Assembly: GCA_030704615.1 (NCBI GenBank)
Contig: CM060732.1
Coordinates: 8,742,001-8,806,000 of the forward strand
DNA from: Takakia lepidozioides
Lineage: Eukaryota > Plantae > Bryophyta
Direction: 5' to 3'
DNA: 64,000 bases
The first letter of the stretch is position 1. Each line of letters starts with the position of its first letter. Positions 41,501-54,300 of this stretch are shown here, piece after piece. A model generated the notes under the pieces. That model searched no databases. It was given only the letters and a program-made list of their open reading frames with translations, and had not been told where the DNA came from. Both the position numbers and the translations under genes were made by a program.

Positions 41501-42494
41501 TCCCACAGCATTTCCATACACAATGGGATGGTAGGATCGAAAGGTTTCCCGGAGAAGGTCTTCAACCTGCACGCATTGCTCAACCGTGTGTGGTAATGGG
41601 GGTAAAGTCATCCGATTTGGAAAAACTGACATTGTAGGCGGCCCGGCGATATTCCAGGGTCAGCTAGCCAGAAGAGGTGTTTGATCAACTCTGGATGGCA
41701 TTGCCAATCCGAATATTTACCAAAATAACATAGTTTGCTTCAGACCATCAATCAGCAAGATCCGAGGAATGGTCTGACGGGTGGACAACCCTTGAGAGAT
41801 AATTGTCGTACCTTATATCGACATTTTTATTCAGGAAACCCCTCTTCAGTGCCCCAAACACGGTCGGGAACTCGTAGGCACTTTTGAACTTCTTCTGAAC
41901 TTTTGCATCATCTGAATCGATGTCGTCTGGCTCGTCGCTATCCTCAAGCTCTGAAGCAAACACCCGGTCATCGCTGCAATCCGAGATGGAATCCGAGGTG
42001 CTCTCATTTTCGGCGCAGTCGTTACTGTCTTCCCCGGCAAAGTAGGTTTCATGGGGATCAGATTTGAACGAATCGCTGTGTGGCACTGGTGCTGCTTTTG
42101 TCGAATTATGTAAATTACATGCATCGTCACTTTCTCTGCTGTCGGATCTGTGCACGTTCTGCGAATTCAATGAACTTTCGCTGACTTTGATCGCTGACAC
42201 GGAGGTGCATTTCTGCGCGACTGCTTGTCCAGCGTCAGGCTTGCAGCCGCCATTTGTCGCCATGTATAGAACGTCCTTCAGTCTAGTTCCAGGGGGATGA
42301 TTCTCACTAAAATACTCATTCAATCTTTTCACTCCAGCAGCATGCGAGTCTCCAGGCTCTTGCGGCAAGCTTACGAAGGCATGCAACACCCTCACGTATG
42401 GAGAATCCGGCGAGCTCTCCTCCTCGGAATTGGAAGAATCTTCTTTAACAGTAGATGCGCCATCGATTGATCTTGGTGCACTTTTCTCCTTCAT
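26571..42494 (-). CDS. Large multi-exon protein: TTC3/DZIP3-like Cys/His domain + RRM + Pro/Ser-rich region + DCD + C-terminal RING (putative RNA-binding E3 ligase); start and several exons approximate
   Basis: Phase-consistent exon pairs: 40100-39635 + 39351-39305 (RCTEGC..FHFQSCWRDF..CVTP|DCHGKIIK); 35552-35407 + 34946-34856 (RRM); 32681-32499 (VIGCNNET..PGTCTLFIYN..MHGVYQ, DCD); 27301-27112 + 26677-26571 (CCYC..DCRHLGPCVEC..CGQPNC..RIHL*). Long coding exons also at 42494-41810, 40750-40435, 34100-32917, 30780-30460 and 28980-28580. Confidence 0.75.
31135..31410. repeat. Diverged intronic duplication (~165-bp period)
   Basis: ACTCTAAACTC...ATGAGAACCAGG...GCTGAAGGGG...TGCACCCTGAA occurs at ~31141-31211 and ~31306-31382. 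Confidence 0.6.
31495..31760 (-). mobile_element. Putative tRNA-derived SINE in an intron
   Basis: Minus-strand A box TGGCCCAGTGG (31752-31742) and B box GGTTCAAAGCC (31708-31698) at tRNA-like spacing; no clean cloverleaf; 3' end approximate. Confidence 0.55.
34955..35271. repeat. Tandem duplication of ~157 bp in the intron splitting the RRM
   Basis: AGTCAAAGCATACAACTC...GCTTATGCTTCTGCAATCTCACTGCAGTC repeated at ~34955-35113 and ~35111-35271. Confidence 0.85.
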
Positions 42495-44815
42495 TCTATA
42501 GCAATCGGATCCTCTATGCCCCAAGTGCCAATGATATAACAAAATGCAGAGGAACAGGATCCCCCCCCCCCCCCTCCTCAACCAACGCCTCGACCCTTCG
42601 CTTCTTCAATTCACAAGCTAGGGCTGACACTGCGGGGCTTTCAAAGACTGTACACCCATGCTAATTTCGTAATGGCAGGCGCTCCATCTTGGTGAAATCC
42701 TTTATGATTCTGCAGAGAAACCTATATCTTCACCCAGCCCGAAAGCGCGGTAGACTGATTTGATGTGAGGAGTGCGATTTGATAGCAGGAAGTGTGATCG
42801 TGTGGTGAAGTAACGGGCGTCCTTCTACTGTTCGAGGAGTACTGGTCGTTGGACACGATTTGGAGTTTTTTATTTTTTTATTCTTTTCATTTTTTTTAAG
42901 AGGGGACAGTGGCCCTCTTGACATTGAATGCTTTCTCTCTCGGTCTCGCTTCTCTCGCTGCAGCTCGCCTGATCGATATCTCTCCTACCCATTGGGCATC
43001 AAACTTTGAACTGCATTGCCTCGGCGTTGTGGACTCAATCAGCTGCACAAACGGTTGCGCGATTTCCATCCCTGACCTCGTCCATCTTGGTTATACCTTT
43101 GCTAACTCCTTATCAGGATTTCCATCCACCTTCATCCCCTAACATTGCATTTATCTTTTTATGTCCTTATGTCTATTCCTGAACACTGTAACGTGCTTGA
43201 GGGTAAGTGCATACATGCTATCGTTGAGCTTGAAGAGGTTAGACTGAATACCTTAGTGTAGAGAGTCGCCTGATAAGTCATAGTGTAAGATCGAGTGTGT
43301 GTTGTAGAGAGTCTATGCAGGTCTACCTAATCTGCAAAGTCATTTTGGCTGGTGCAACAATATGAGACAAGACGTGGGTGCAGCCAGCCAGCCAGCCTAT
43401 GTGTAGTCGTATGACCTCTAAATTTTGTTATTGCACTTTTGTTTTGGTACCTTAGTGCTTACTGTGCTTGCACAGAATTTTGGTGAATGGTTTTAGCTAG
43501 TACTGCTGCAGCAATATGTACTTGTAGTAGTATGGAATTGTATAGATTTTCACATTGCTGCAGGCATGAATTTTTTGGAAGGACTATGACACTTTCAAGT
43601 TTCACGTTGGGAGGTAGAAGGTGGTAGATTAGTTTAGTGGTTAGTCCCTTTGTCAAGCGGGGGTGCACGTAAGGGGGGGATCTTCCCCCCTTGTGTTCAC
43701 TTGTGAGTTGCCAAGTTAGGGCACCTTAGTGGTCTCACTCACATAATACAATAATGTGTGTTGAGGTAGGAGTGGGGGCAGGTGGGAGGTCTTCCAAAGT
43801 GCTAGTTGTGGTCACACATTGCTGCAGCAAACCCACACAACTACTTGCTGCACCAAACACACAAAGATAGAGGTAGAAAATACACATTTGCAAAGACCAC
43901 TGCATTTTGCCATTTTTCACCCACTTTGGTTTGACCAAGTGTCACCAGCCCAATTTATGCCCAAAATACATTTTATTATTGGCAATGGATGCAAGATCCC
44001 ACCAGGGAGAGCAGATTCATTGAATTTGGAAATCAAACTGTTCCCATTTCTTAAAAATAAATGGTAAGATCCCTAGCATTGATTTCATCCCTACTGGATG
44101 AAATCCCTATAGGATTACATCCATAATGGATGTTTTCTGTTTTGGGTCTTGAGATTTATCCTTAACTGCTTATCTTTATCATCCATATTGGATGTAACCA
44201 TAACAGGATGTAACCCCAATGTATCACTAATGTAACCCTAATAAATAGGCTTGATTTTATCCCTACTAGATGAAATCGGGGGTTTGAGTACCTTATCGTC
44301 TCTATGCCCTAAAATTCGCACGATGCCCGTGCTGGTTTCTGGGGAGGACGATGGTGGCTAAGTGCTCGAGTAAAAACACCTTCTTTATTCAATTATGGAG
44401 CAGCGGCGCTCTTAAGGAGATTGGGGAAGTGTTTTTCACTGATAAAGATGCAACTTGTTTTCTATTCTCCCATTGTGGTTTGCTCAGTTGAGAAACAAGT
44501 TCTAGACGTCATGAGGCAAAGTCTCATTCCACAAACGATTAAGGTTTCTTTGTGGTATTGCAAATCTGCTTTATTTGTGTTCATCTTGTTAGCTTTAGAA
44601 TGCATGTTAGACAACGATAACAAGCGTGAAGGTCTGTGATTCACTTGGGTTTTCACAATCCTAACTAACATGATGGTTTTTGTGGGGGCTTGTGATGGGA
44701 CCAAATGCAGATCTACACTTTTTTTAAGCTTGCAGGTGACCTAGTAATTGCAGGAGATGCGACTACTACTTCACACTGCTGCAACGAGGGATGTTGAACT
44801 ACTCAACCTCTACTA

Positions 44816-45075
44816 TTTCGCGGTAATAGGTTCCGCAACCGAAGAAAACTGCGACATATTTCGCGGTAATAGGTGCCTCTGGTGAAAAATGGTGCCGAAT
44901 TTCGCGGCTATAGGTCCCAACATGTCAGGTGTGTTAGCCCAAAATTAGATGTTGGGCAGTTCTGGGCCATGTAACTGGAAATTCGGCGCCATTTTCCAGA
45001 CATCGTTCCCGTACATGTTGGGACTTAGCCAGTTTTTGGCCCAAAATAGGGAAATTCGGTGCCATTTTTCCAGAA
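44816..45075. repeat. Direct and inverted repeat cluster downstream of the MULE transposase (probable subterminal region)
   Basis: TTTCGCGGTAATAGGT twice; GAAAAATGGTGCCGAATTTC versus two inverted GAAATTCGG(C/T)GCCATTTT copies; GTCCCAACATGT versus ACATGTTGGGAC. Confidence 0.6.
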
Positions 45076-45327
45076 ATGGACCCCACAACTGCTACTGTTG
45101 GAACTCAGTTTTCTGCAAATTTTTCCTGCCGCCATCTTATTGTGGATTTTGTTTCGACATTGAATTGCCACTGGACGTCAACGGATATCCAGAAGTCCAT
45201 AGTGTTTTAAAAATATTACTTTAATATTGTCTGTCTCATTCCTGGAGTTTTGGGGTGCATTTCATTACACTGCAAAACAAAGTCTAATGCATAAAAATGC
45301 AATTGCAAATATCCACTCTTTGCCCCA

Positions 45328-47827
45328 TCAATTATTTTTGGAATCCCGACGAAGGAGTTTGTGCAGCTCGTTCATGCTCAACATTGGTGCATGAACAAAG
45401 TCATCAATAGTCAAGTTCATCCTCAACCTCTTCAGATAAATATAATACAGATGCTTGCACGGATAATACTTTGTCCCCTTCTTTGCTTCCATCAACGAGA
45501 AGTCCGTACAATTGCAGGTCGGCTCCACTTCGATTGTAATTGTGTATACGTCGTCGCATACAGCTGAGCCGGCCGTTGCCATCCGATAAAAACGCCCAAG
45601 GCCGGGTACGGGTACATCCACGGAGCTTTGAATGGTGCAAGCCATCCCAAGAACATTGGCAATCTGAGTCACATTCAACTTGTTGGGAGGGTGTCGTCTC
45701 TTCACTCTTCTGAATCGCATTGTGGGATGTGTAGAATTGTCCAATCCGTCTCTCCTAGACCGAGCAGTCTGCAATGTCTGGGTCTAAGGAACTAGAAATG
45801 GGTGGGCCGGGACGTCTGTGCGTTGCACCATTTGAAATCCTGCTGCAGAAAGAGCATCCGCCTCATTCTAAGAGAGGTTGCAACCCAGTGCAACAGGCCA
45901 GACGCCCGGAGGCTCCGGCATTCCCCGAATCCCGTACTTGGGCTTGCCAAATACACAAGTCATTATGTCGTGCCTACAGAACCAAAATGTCTACGTTGTG
46001 GCGTGAGAAAATCTGGGAGTCAAAAATTTACCGCTGAAACAAGATGCAGGTACAGCACCGTGTGGGTTCCTCCGAATCATCTCACCACAACGTGCTCTCG
46101 TATCCACCCGGATGGCGCAACACTTTCATCGAAATGTCGGCAATGTCCTTGCAATTCTCCACTGTGACTCCGACACTTTTGTCTCCACAATAGGTATGTT
46201 GTACTGCGTTACTACAGATGGCTCGTTATGTTCCTCGGGCACATGCCCTGTGCTCAAAGGAGATGACGATCTTGAACGTGCAGGACTTGCGGTGCTCGAC
46301 GAGACCTCCTCGGGCAACATCACGGGACCACGAGGGAGCGTGCGAATATTCTTGTCAGCTTGTCATGAATCCTCTTCTCCGCCAGGTGCCTCGTCAAGTC
46401 TTCATCTCACTGGACGGGTGTGAATATCTCCTTCCAAGTGTTGGCCTCTTCGAAGCAATGGCGTGTTTCGACCCTCTCGTAAGGCTATCGCCCACTTCCG
46501 AGGATTCTTTGATCTGGAGGCAGTCCGCATCAGCATTTCCTGCCTGTCCGGCCCCAAGCCCCACTGTTTCCCTTTCAAGAACTCGTTGTACCTGCATTGC
46601 TGCATAATTGACCTCACAATGTCCTCCGTTGTGGCAGTGAGGATGTCCACTAGATGCGCCGCAGAGGAGGCACGCCAGGAAGAATATACTGATTCGGCCA
46701 TGTTTGTTGTCGGCATATCGGTGTCGGAGTCCAGACACATTTCCTACACATGCACATACTGAGGTTACAAGCAAGTTACAAATAATGACTAGCATAATAT
46801 TCAACGGGATGCAAATTCGTCCAACTCACCTCCCGCATATAGTCGCTGAACTGGAGGAAACGATAATGCCACCATGCTAGCCAACTGACCATTGCTCCCT
46901 CATCTGATTTCTTTACAGCACCTGACGTTGCCCACCAAGCCCGTATACATGCAAACTGTGTCTCTGCATCATCCAAGGTGGGAGCACGCTTCCACGCAAG
47001 ACACATGGAACGGTGCTCCTCTCTGAAATCTGGCGCCAGGAGCCTGGTTGTGTACTGCGACAAGCTCTGCAGAAAATGGAACCCACAAGATCTCTCCTTG
47101 CCTTCCATCGGAACATTGGGGTCTTCCCCGTAGCCCAATTTTCTTGTGCGTTGTCCGCCATGAAACCACGGAAATTGGGCGGGGGCAATCCCGCCCTGGC
47201 CATCCATTCGTTTATTCCCTGCCAAAGAAGCATCTCCGATTGTGTGTCCTCCCCTTTCATCTCACAAATAGCAATTGTCATTAGCATCCTACAGTGGGTG
47301 TCGTAGACATGTGCACCCATTGTCACCCACTGGTGATTTATAATTTGCTTGATATGGTCGAACATGACCCAACTGTTTGATAAGTCCCCACACGTCATCC
47401 GGTGGACCAGTTCCACACCGCTGCCAAGCCCACATGTGGACATTTTGAATACAAAACAACGATCTGCCTTAGTCCCTTGTCCTGGAAACCTACTTCCAAG
47501 AATGTAGTCATATCCATATCGTTGCTTCACCTCCAGAATGTGTATATCCGAGCCTCGCCCAATTCTCTGTTTGTAGGAGACAATGTGGTTTCGGACATTT
47601 GGTGAACAAACGTGGGACACTGACTCCAGCAATGCCTCCATTTCTTTCTCATCGATAGGAACTCTGTCGGAGCCATCTTCCGACATAATTCTGGCCAATG
47701 CCATCTTATGGGCGGCCTGTAGCTGTATCTGTTTGGGTTTGGCACCAGGTCTCAACTTAACCTCCTCCTGAATGAGCTGCTCTGCCTCGTGGGCAGCTCC
47801 CGTGAGTTCCCCCTCGCCAATTTGTGA
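45328..47827 (-). pseudogene. Mutator-like (MULE) DDE transposase with SWIM zinc finger, decayed and 5'-truncated
   Basis: WVMFDH (D1), GFMADNA (D2), RSCGFHF (CxxH), PTTNMAES (E), and SWIM PTCNCTDF..PCKHLYY. Frameshift near 47135; intron after ~46830. Confidence 0.8.
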
Positions 47828-48267
47828 TGTCAAGTTAAATAAACACAGTATGAAACTAACTAGAATAAATCTAGTTATTTGTATTTAACACTTGGATTTA
47901 GTTCAAGTGTTAAGTCAGGTGTCAAATTTAGTTTGACACCTGAACCGTCTTATCTTCACGAGAGCGTCAGTCGTGCGGCTCATCTCTCTCGAGTTGAGCC
48001 TGCACGACCGAGCTCCTTCATCGTTCAGAATCTGAGTGTGCTTATGAAGGGAGGATAGGTTGTTGTGGGGTGGAGTCCCATAGCTTGGGGTGCCCCTGGC
48101 TTGACTACTATTTTAAAGAGTGATGGTGGTGGATTTCATGTTTCTTGTGTGAACAGTGTGTTCTTAATTTCTTATCACTCGAGAGAGATGACCTCTTACC
48201 TGTGAGTGCAAGGTAGGAGTTGAGGGTTAGCACTTGTAAGTAACGCTTAGTTTGAGAAGCTTAAGCG

Positions 48268-48298
<31 letters not shown>
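47828..48298 (+). mobile_element. LTR-like fragment ending in an A run, truncating the MULE transposase
   Basis: Begins TGTCAAG at the coding break; contains a 12-bp perfect hairpin (47915-47943) and a TATA-like CTATTTTAAAG; ends in ~31 A. Confidence 0.35.
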
Positions 48299-48300
<2 letters not shown>

Positions 48301-51300
48301 ATGCAGGTTTCGATCATCGTTGGTTTCTGGGTATATAGATGGTCCATGGAGGCAGGCTGCATGGCAAGCAGGGGCAAAGAACTGGTCTCGTTCTATTGGT
48401 TGATGATAGCGTTGGTTCTGGCATGAGGCCGCCGGGGCAGGACGGAGCTATACTGCGGGGAAGCAGCCTTCGTTTTGGTCGGTGAGGAGACATCATGGTG
48501 TAGCAGCGATTGGGCGTTCGGAAACTGACCAAGTGCGAGACTTAAAGGGGTACATGTAATCGAGCAGATGAGTAGAACTTCCGTGCCTGGAGATGGCCAG
48601 GCTGCTCGCCTTAGTTCGATGTGCACCGACCAGAAACGGTCAGTGAGGTCGTGTGCAGGGTAACTGCAAGTGCCTCTTACCTTGTCATGCTCCTCGTCAC
48701 ACCCACACAAATGCAGGGAAGAAATGAGGTGGAAGCAGACGTGTATGTGTCAAACTTGGACTGCTTCCTGGGTTGGGGGATGCTGTCTGCGTTCGTGAGT
48801 TGTAGATAATGGGTTGCAAGGTGGAGCAATGTTGAGAGATTGGACACGTCTGGTTCCCATGCTCTGAGTGTCGTGAGCATTCCCACACCTGCCCTGCCTC
48901 CTGGGTGCCAACACTTTTCGTTTTGTAAGATGAAGCTGACGAGTGGTGCAGGGTACAGAAAGACTTGGAGATCGAACATGTGACCGTAGCAGTTCTCCGA
49001 GCCTCGGTGAGGCGCAGCAGCCGTTAAGGAAGAAATGGGAAAGAGTGACGTATTGTGCGGTCAGGAAAGGCAGCGGAAGAGCAGAATCTGATTGATTTTC
49101 TGAGGTAGCATCTTGGTCAATAGCAATACCATCACTGGCAACCTGCATGTTTCCTTCCTCCGAACTTCTCTTCGCTTCCTCTGCACCTGGGGTAGCAATT
49201 TGAGAGATGCCCATTCCAACATCCTTTGCAGTAGAGCACACCTCACTCTCTCCATTTTCATCATTTTCACATTCTGGCTCCTCAATTAGAGAGCCTGGTC
49301 CTGCAAGTGGCAAACTGAACATACTGTCTGTATCAGGCTCATCTGCAGGCAAAGCACATCTTTCCACTGAAGTTGGGCTGTAGCTTTTCTTGACGCATGT
49401 GGGCACATTGGCAGCTGTCACAGTGGCTGTATCTTCTTTCTTAGCCTGATCAGAGTCTGGCAGTTTCTCTAGCATGTCTGGCTTTTGCTGCAATTGAACC
49501 GTACCAGGAGCAGGAACTCCAAGAGCTTCGAATGTGATTGGTAATGTTGAGGGGCTGTGGAATGAGCAAGAGATAGGAATACCAAGGAACTTGGCGTATT
49601 CTGCTGCCTGGTGGTGTCCTGCAGTGCAGCCATTCGTCCATTCATTGAATGCTGGAGGATGAGCAAACATGTGAAGCAGCTTTGTAACTTGTGCACCTGC
49701 CAGAGGAGGGAGCAAGGCCATCAAGAATTGAAGGGATGACTTGCGCTGACTAGAAGCTAGGGTTTGCAAGAGAGCAAACTGCTGCTGCGAAAGATAGCAG
49801 AACTGTGAATAGGCTCGCTGGCGGATGGTTTGTTGAGGGGAGTGCCATAACTTAATGACTTTGGCTTCTGGAGAAGCACCGGAAGAAGCAGCATACGTGG
49901 TCTTGGGAAATGATCAATGCACTGGTCTGATCCAGAAATTTCCCTTCTTGCCTTATCGACATCAGTTCTGCCCAATAACCAAGCGAGTGTAGCTGTGGCA
50001 CTTTGAGCGTCAATTGAAAGGCTTGTAAGCTGGAATCTGACCGTGGAGGAATCAGATAAAAGGGAGCAGGGAAGGATGACAATTTAGGCATTAATGTGGT
50101 GTCATCTGAAACTGCTGGTCCCTTGAAGACGGAAGGGGCCCAGCTCACTACATGACCTGCTCGGTCTATGTGAACAATCCAGAACTTGAGGGCAGCCTGT
50201 GCCAACTCCATATAAAGGCTTACACAATCAGTGATAGCAGATTTGTTGTTGCTACCTTGCAAAATCAGCACGCATGAAGGGCTGTAAGCGTTCTTGATCA
50301 AAGCTAGTTAGCTCTGGTGCTTTCCGGGGTTGCATTGTAAGTGCTCCTGCTTTTGTTGGGAATATTGGTGCAAAGGATTAAGGCTCGGCATAGCTACGGA
50401 TCTCGACTGGAGGAGAGCAGGGCACTGGGAACCAAGAGCTGTTGTGGTGCATTTGTAAACACAATTGAAATCCTGGGAAATATAGGTCACGCTGCCAGGG
50501 AGTCTGTGGTGAGAACTACATGAACACGTTTGGAACCTGTTAAGATAACGTGGGAACAGCGTTTAATGGCGAGAACGTTTTGGTGTTAAAAATAAAAAAT
50601 AAAAATAAAAATAAAAACCTTTTTGATCTAATTTCAATGATTTAGAGCCTAATTGGTCATATCTTTGTCAAATGGACTCTGTTTGACTCAGTTTTTGGGG
50701 GGATAGCTGCAGAAAGGGGAAATCTACCTATCTAGACGTGGTTTTAGTTTTTTGGACTCTGCTAAAAATCTATGGAATTTTTTGAGTGTAAGTGTACTAT
50801 GAAAGATCCACAATTCTGTTTCTACAACCTGTTGTGGTCTATATGAGAGACAAATCTGGGGATGTCCTCCTTGTATGGCTGGGGGAAATGAGGACGTAAT
50901 TGAAGGGCAGGTCTCTTCTCTTAGCCTGTGCACACAAGGGGACAAGATTTATGTTTCTCAAGGAACTCAGACTGATTTGAGTGGAGAGCAGTTGGACGAG
51001 TTGATTGCATACTAGGAGTCAGGCATTAGCAGTAAACAACAAACTGTTGTAGTTGGCGTTGAGGGCCTCAATATCGCTTTGGACAGTCAGAACTCTGTTG
51101 GAGCCAACATTTCTGCAGCTGTAAGTGAAATACCAAAGTGGGTGAAAGCTAGGCTTGGAACACAGCCAAAGTCAGCCCCGGGGACCAAGGTGTTCAGCCA
51201 TAAGGCCGTGGTGTACTGGAGTAGAGGAGCAGGAGCTACACAAGTTTGTGCAATCAGACATGGTTGCAGCCGGACACGCTCTACACGAGGCAACCACGAG

Positions 51301-54300
51301 CGGGGGTTCATTAGCAATGAAAAGTTTGTGTTGCTTGAAGGAGATGCAGTCATTCGCAATGAGAACACCCGCAACCGTCTCAAAGCTTTCGAGTTGAGAG
51401 ACTGTCAGACCCTACCTTTATTTTTTTTAGTGTTCAGTGAGCGGGAGATAGGGGAGTATTGCTTTGTCTCTACCTGGCAGAAAGAGGATGAGGGTTGGTT
51501 AGAGCGAGCTACTGTAGCTTGGGACAAGGTTAGTGGCAGGTTTCTGGACATAGATATACCTCCTACACCTTATCATCATGCAGAGTGAGGCACTTTGAGA
51601 GAAGTCTGGCAGTTGATAGCATAGATCAGGATTAGATCTTGCTTGGTCGGGCCTCTATTCTTCCCCTCCCTCTTGTTACTATTTCCATTACTTTGTACTT
51701 GTAGTTGCCAAAGCCTCTCTTGGTAGAGGCCAGTCAGTCCGGGGTTTTGGGCTGGGATATTCTGCAGGATCAGCACTGCAGATGGATTTTGGTGTGGGGG
51801 TGTTGATGTTTGATTTCTTGTGTTTGGATCCCCCCCAACACCTGCATGCTTGACTGTGCGCCATGTTGGTTTTGTGTGGGCGCTTGCTTTCATAGGGATT
51901 AGGCCGGATTTGATCACCGGTCAATCCTAGAGTATGCTGTCGGTGGTGAGGCTGGAGTGATGACCAGCAAGACCACCAGTGTTTCTTCTATGGTGAGACT
52001 GGGTTGATGACCAGCCAACCATATGAGTTCTTGCGGTGGATGCAGGTGCAGGTGCCCTGAGCCACTGGGATATGACCCTTAAACTGCAACAGGTGCCCAC
52101 CCGTGTCACTATTAGAATTAGTACTAGAGCATTATAGTGTCACGTGGGGGAGGTGCACATTGTGAGTGTCATCACGGAGTTACCCAAGGGTTTTGAGGGG
52201 AGTACGGCTACAGGCAGTAACAGTGAGAGTGGGTTCAGAAGACGAGGTATTCGGTTCAGACCACCTTCACCTCCACCCTCAACTAGTGCAGAGTCAGACA
52301 CAGACTCGGAGGCTTCATCAACAGGTGTGCAGTTTCATTCGCCATTGTTGTGGGACGACATGGAGGAGATGTATGGAGCTACCAAGGGGCCTCGTAGGTA
52401 CTCTGGAGCTGTAGGCACAATTGAGCTGGATGACTTTATCCAGGAGTTTGACAGCTGGTGTAATTTGCAGCAGATGCGCAATCCACAGCTGTTCACTCCA
52501 TTCATGGCGTGGAAGGGACTGTTCCAGTATTTGGAAGGCCCGCCTATGGACGATTACCACGAATTCAGGCGAGGACATGAAGCAGAGATTGAGGAGTGGA
52601 GGATGTATTGGTCACCTGACTACGTCTCCATTACTCGAGGCACGACGCGACCACTAGCTGCATCAGCACCAATATCTCCCACTACCAGCACTAGTAGTGG
52701 AACAAGTAGTGCCGGTACTTCTGCAGGTGGTACTAGTTCAAAAGGTGCTACTACTCCTCCTGCCACGACTACAACACATGTGCCTAGATTCAACCCGGTG
52801 GTGGAGTTCTTCCAGGAGTTGCGAAGGAACTACCAAGGTGTACGGACAGAGAAGCTACGAAGTTTGCAAGACTTCCAGCGCAAACCCAGTGAGAGCCTGC
52901 GAGAGGCGTACACTCGTATGAGGCGCTTGATAAGTGTGACCCAAGGGGTTACTGAAGCTCAAGCAATCCAGTTCTGGTATGGAATTTTGGACAAGGAGCT
53001 CAGGAAAAGGGTGCGGGATGCAACCCTGTTACAAACAGCCCAACCCACATTAGCAGATGTGTTTCTGCTGGCTGAACGGATTGAGCTCAACATGGTGGAG
53101 GAGCGAGTTGTTACCATTGGATTTGGCAAAGACATGCCTGCACGAGGCATAGCTGCCAGCCCACAGGCACAAGGGACTGCCCAACAACGTGGTCGGGGGG
53201 CAAGGTTTCCCAATCCAAGTTCCATGGAGCTTACAGGGGACCTCAGGTGCAGAGGCCAGTAGCATCTTTTGCAAGCCAACAGCAACCAGGGGTGATATGT
53301 TGGACATGTGGAGGACCCCATGTCAAGAAAGATTGCCCAGAGAGTGGCAAAAGGTCGGCACAAGCACAGCCTGCACAGTTACAGTGTGGGCATTATGGCA
53401 AGTATGGGCATGGAGATGCCCAATGTTATGACTTACATCCTGAGTTGTGCCAAGGCCAGTTCCAAGGGAACAATGGTGGCCGGGGGCAAGGTGGACCAGT
53501 CCAGTGAGGACGAGGTGGTCGAGCACAAGGTGTAGGCCAAGGGCAAGCTCAACATGGCCAAGGACGCGGAGGTTAGGGTGTTGACCAAGGCATGGCCAAC
53601 CGGCTTCAGCAGCTAGAGCAGAGGCTCGCTACCATGGCTACAGCTCAAGTGGTACCGGCTCCCAGGCGGGATGGTCCATCTCCTGTTCCTGAGGGAGGAG
53701 ATATGGGAGGCATGGGATTCATGTGCGGAGCAGCACTACCACTAGAGCAGGTGGAGTCTGCTGCAGCCGTGACTTGAGGAGCAGCACGAGTTCCTGAGCC
53801 ACGAGGTGCAGAGGTGGAGTTGGATCCACAGCGTGGGGAGGCAAGCCGTCAGGCGAGGCTTCCTCAGTCATTTACATTGGCAGAGACAGTATCGACGCCA
53901 TCCATGGCACCTAGTTCTCGCCCGACTGTTACCGAGGCGGAGGTTATTATGCCATTGGGGAGAGCTACACGTGCATCACTGACACCTGCTACCAAGGCTA
54001 GTGCAGCCGGTGTGTTATTGGGGGCAGCCACCTCTGTGTATCAAGCCCCACTGTTTTTGGCAACCATGATTGCGACGCCGGGGGTAAGACCAGCTGCAGT
54101 GTTCAGACTAGCAGCAACACTCTATGAGAGTGGGGAGGTCACTTCATCTTCTGCGGAGTTACTGGAAGGTGTAGTGGCAGAGGGATCCTTGGATTTGATG
54201 GTCAAGACTGCCACGGTTGCGCCATGGCAAGCTGCAGCTGCCAGGTTGACGGAGCTGCCAGCTAGGCTTGCTTTTGAGCGCGCCATGGTGGCATCTGGAG

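Noticed and set aside
44816-45075. CRISPR-like array
   Set aside because: Repeats are irregular, in mixed orientation and lack uniform spacers; eukaryotic TE context.
48314-50523. Minus-strand ORFs including a 339-aa ORF (LINE ORF1 or host gene?)
   Set aside because: No diagnostic motif, and the adjacent A run is on the wrong strand to be its tail; left unassigned.
50588-50617. (TAAAAA)n and other homopolymer or simple repeats
   Set aside because: Ordinary low-complexity sequence.
53230-53275. Programmed gag frameshift in copy 1
   Set aside because: No slippery heptamer is evident, the shift precedes the zinc knuckles, and copy 2 does not cover this region; probably decay.
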